The notes below the pieces were generated by a model. It had not been told where the DNA came from. It saw nothing but the letters and a program-made list of their open reading frames with translations, and did no database searches. From the NCBI RefSeq assembly GCF_009834535.1, contig NC_045697.1:13518001-13582000 (forward strand): a stretch of DNA of 64,000 nt, given 5' to 3'. Below, in pieces: positions 61,700 to 64,000 of the stretch; the first letter of the stretch is position 1, and every line of letters starts with the position of its first letter. Both the position numbers and the translations under genes were made by a program. Source of the stretch: Camelus ferus. Its lineage: Eukaryota.

Positions 61700-62090
61700 T
61701 CCATAACAATCTTATTTTACCTGTTAGGCAAAATAATTTTAAACTTATTTAGAATACTTCATATCAGAGAAGCCAATAATAGTATGAAAGATAAAAGTAT
61801 AAGGGGGCTTATACTAAATATTCTAAAGCACTGTGATCAAAACACAATGATATTGATACAAAAAGAACATATAGATCAGTGGGAAAGAGTAGTCTAAGAA
61901 TAGATTGAAATATACATATAAATAAACTTGGTAAAGGTCAACTATTGTCATTTCAATTCAATGGAAAAATAATGGTTTACTTAATAAATGCTGTTAGAAT
62001 ATTGTAATTTACATAAGTAGAACAAGAGAAAATCCTTACTTCGTTTCTTATACAAGCTACAAATGGGTTAAGGACTTGATTTTAAGTGAA
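61700..62090 (+). mobile_element. Old L1 ORF2 fragment
   Basis: taaagcactgtgatcaaaacacaatgatattgatacaaaa..atagatcagtggga..atttcaattcaatggaaaaataatggtttacttaataaatgctgttaga. Confidence 0.65.
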
Positions 62091-62499
62091 GGAAATAGGG
62101 TTTCAGAAATCCTGCTGACTTCAGGTCTACTGGAAAGGCTTACTGTTTTGCTATATCTGGCTCAGTGAGGTAAGAAACTGACAAGAGAAACCTTCCCACC
62201 AACAATGTGCCTCATTCTCATTGTAACTTTTTAATGTAAAGTCAGAGGGTTATGGGTGAGAGAGATATAAACACATACGCTCAGTCTACCATTTTAAACT
62301 GGAACCTTCTCATTCTACCGCCTTCATGGAGGGCCTGTGAACATGAGTGATATTGTACTGTAAGGGATCCCATCCAGTGCAAAACTAGAGTTCTCTCCCT
62401 GGAATTACTAGGTGGTATCAGTGCAGTTTCATATTCAATATTTCAAATGATGATTTGTTCACCACAATCTTGAGAGACTTGTTCCATTGTTAAGAAATT

Positions 62500-63900
62500 C
62501 TAATATTTAGATGGTATTTTTACACTAGTTATTCAGACTTCTTGCTATTGTTCCTAGATTATCCCCCAAATTTTTATTCATATCTTGTATATTTAATCTT
62601 TTTCAGACTATGTTTGTTATAAAGAATGAGAAAGGGATCTTTTTGTTTTACTCTCTAAATGGTTACCTTGTTGTTTATTTTCCTAAGTTTTCCAGAAGTA
62701 AATGATCTCTATAGTGATCGTATCTGCTCTGCTGCAATTCTTATTCTTGGTCCATTTGTCTTGTCTAATTGCGTTGGCTAATAATATGGCAAATAATTCA
62801 TCAGCAACGTAAAACACAAGATTCCTTCAAGCATGAGACACTGTTGACTTTAAAATATATCATGAATTTACCTACTACTAAGATAGAAAAACTTATGTCA
62901 GTAAAACTGTGACAGATTATTTAGACATCATTTATTTCAAGGCACATTTCACATTAAAAATGTGAACAGGTTTAAAATGTGCATATTAGAACAGAATAGA
63001 ATGGATGCTGGTCATAGTGGGCATTATGATTATTTCATTTTTTGGACTTTGAAAAGATTATGTCCAGTGTTTCAAGTAGTATGACATTTGTTTTTTGGCT
63101 CAGTTATGACTGTATATGTGAGTGTGTGTGTGAATGTATACACATACATATTTTTTTAAGAATTCACTGACTACTATGTTATTGCATGTTTTACCTAAAA
63201 CAGATATTCAATTTCTTCTCAGCATTTATGAAAATTATCATATGATCTTTTTCTTTTATTTATTTCAGTGATTACATTTTTTTCTAGAATCTCTGCTTGG
63301 TTCTTTATGCCCCCCTCAAAAAAATCAATCTCTTTTTTTAAAAAATTATATATTGTTATTACTTTAGGAATATGTTAGTACTTTAGCTTCTTTTACAATT
63401 CTAATGTATTTATTTTAAAATTCAGTTCAGAGTGCCCATTTATCTTTAGTTCTGCAAACATGAATTCTTCCACTTGGAATAAGATGACAATCTCTGGTTG
63501 TGGATTTTCTTGGATGCAGAGTTATTCTGTCTGTTATTGCATTAAGTGGAGATTTTCTCTCATGAGAATCCCATGTTTTCCCCAGCTTTTGGAGACATCC
63601 TTAAGAAATGCTTTTTAATATCTCTACAAAATTTTTACAGGCATTTCTATTTTCAGGCCAGTTTTAGATTAGTTTCCAAGCTTGAGGTTTTCACACTGCA
63701 TAAATGATTTGAGGTTCCATACACATATGTGGTTTTGCTGGGTGTTCTGACTTCTCCTCAGGATGGTTTCCATTAGTGGCTCAGGGGTAAGGCTTACTAC
63801 CAGGCCAGAATCCTAGGCTGGTGAGTGGGGATTTTTGGATTCCAAAGAGGGAATAACATCCTCTTAGATTTGAGGACCATGGAAGGATTCCACATCAAAT
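62500..63900 (-). mobile_element. Degenerate L1ME/HAL1-like fragments
   Basis: T-rich antisense L1-like motifs (ataaagaatg..atcttt, aatgatctctatagtga, tctaattgcgttggcta, ttctcagcatttatgaaaattatcatatgatcttttt). Confidence 0.45.
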
Positions 63901-64000
63901 TCCATACATATGTGAAGCTGGGTCCTCAACACTCGAGCTTGCTTTATTATGAACATTGAATAAGGTATAGCCAGGGTTAGCAACTAGCCAGTACACAGTA

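Overview
Mammalian non-coding genomic DNA (AT-rich, CpG-depleted, intergenic or deep intronic). A tRNA-derived SINE at 59791-59931 has the Vic-1-type architecture. Together with several cetartiodactyl-type L1 3' ends, it points to a camelid (camel/alpaca/llama) genome. A large part of the window is transposon debris of many ages: MIR, L2, L3/CR1, L4, old L1M, MaLR (MLT1) LTRs, hAT DNA elements (MER20, MER5A, MER3, MER45B, MER53, Arthur-like) and four ERV1-type solo LTRs with 4-bp target-site duplications (TSDs). I recognise no protein-coding gene, and the supplied ORFs look like chance ORFs in repeats or AT-rich DNA. The only recognisable coding remnant is a dead L1 ORF1 N-terminus. I did not find a convincing novel biological system. 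The best leads are a strand-asymmetric 75-nt pre-miRNA-like hairpin (1654-1728), an ERV1 LTR that appears to carry a ~340-bp foreign segment (58111-58455), an L1 retaining only its 5'UTR, TE-poor motif-rich blocks (candidate enhancers) and a few isolated exon-like segments. Repeat family names come from my recall of consensus sequences, not from a database search. Boundaries of old repeats are approximate.
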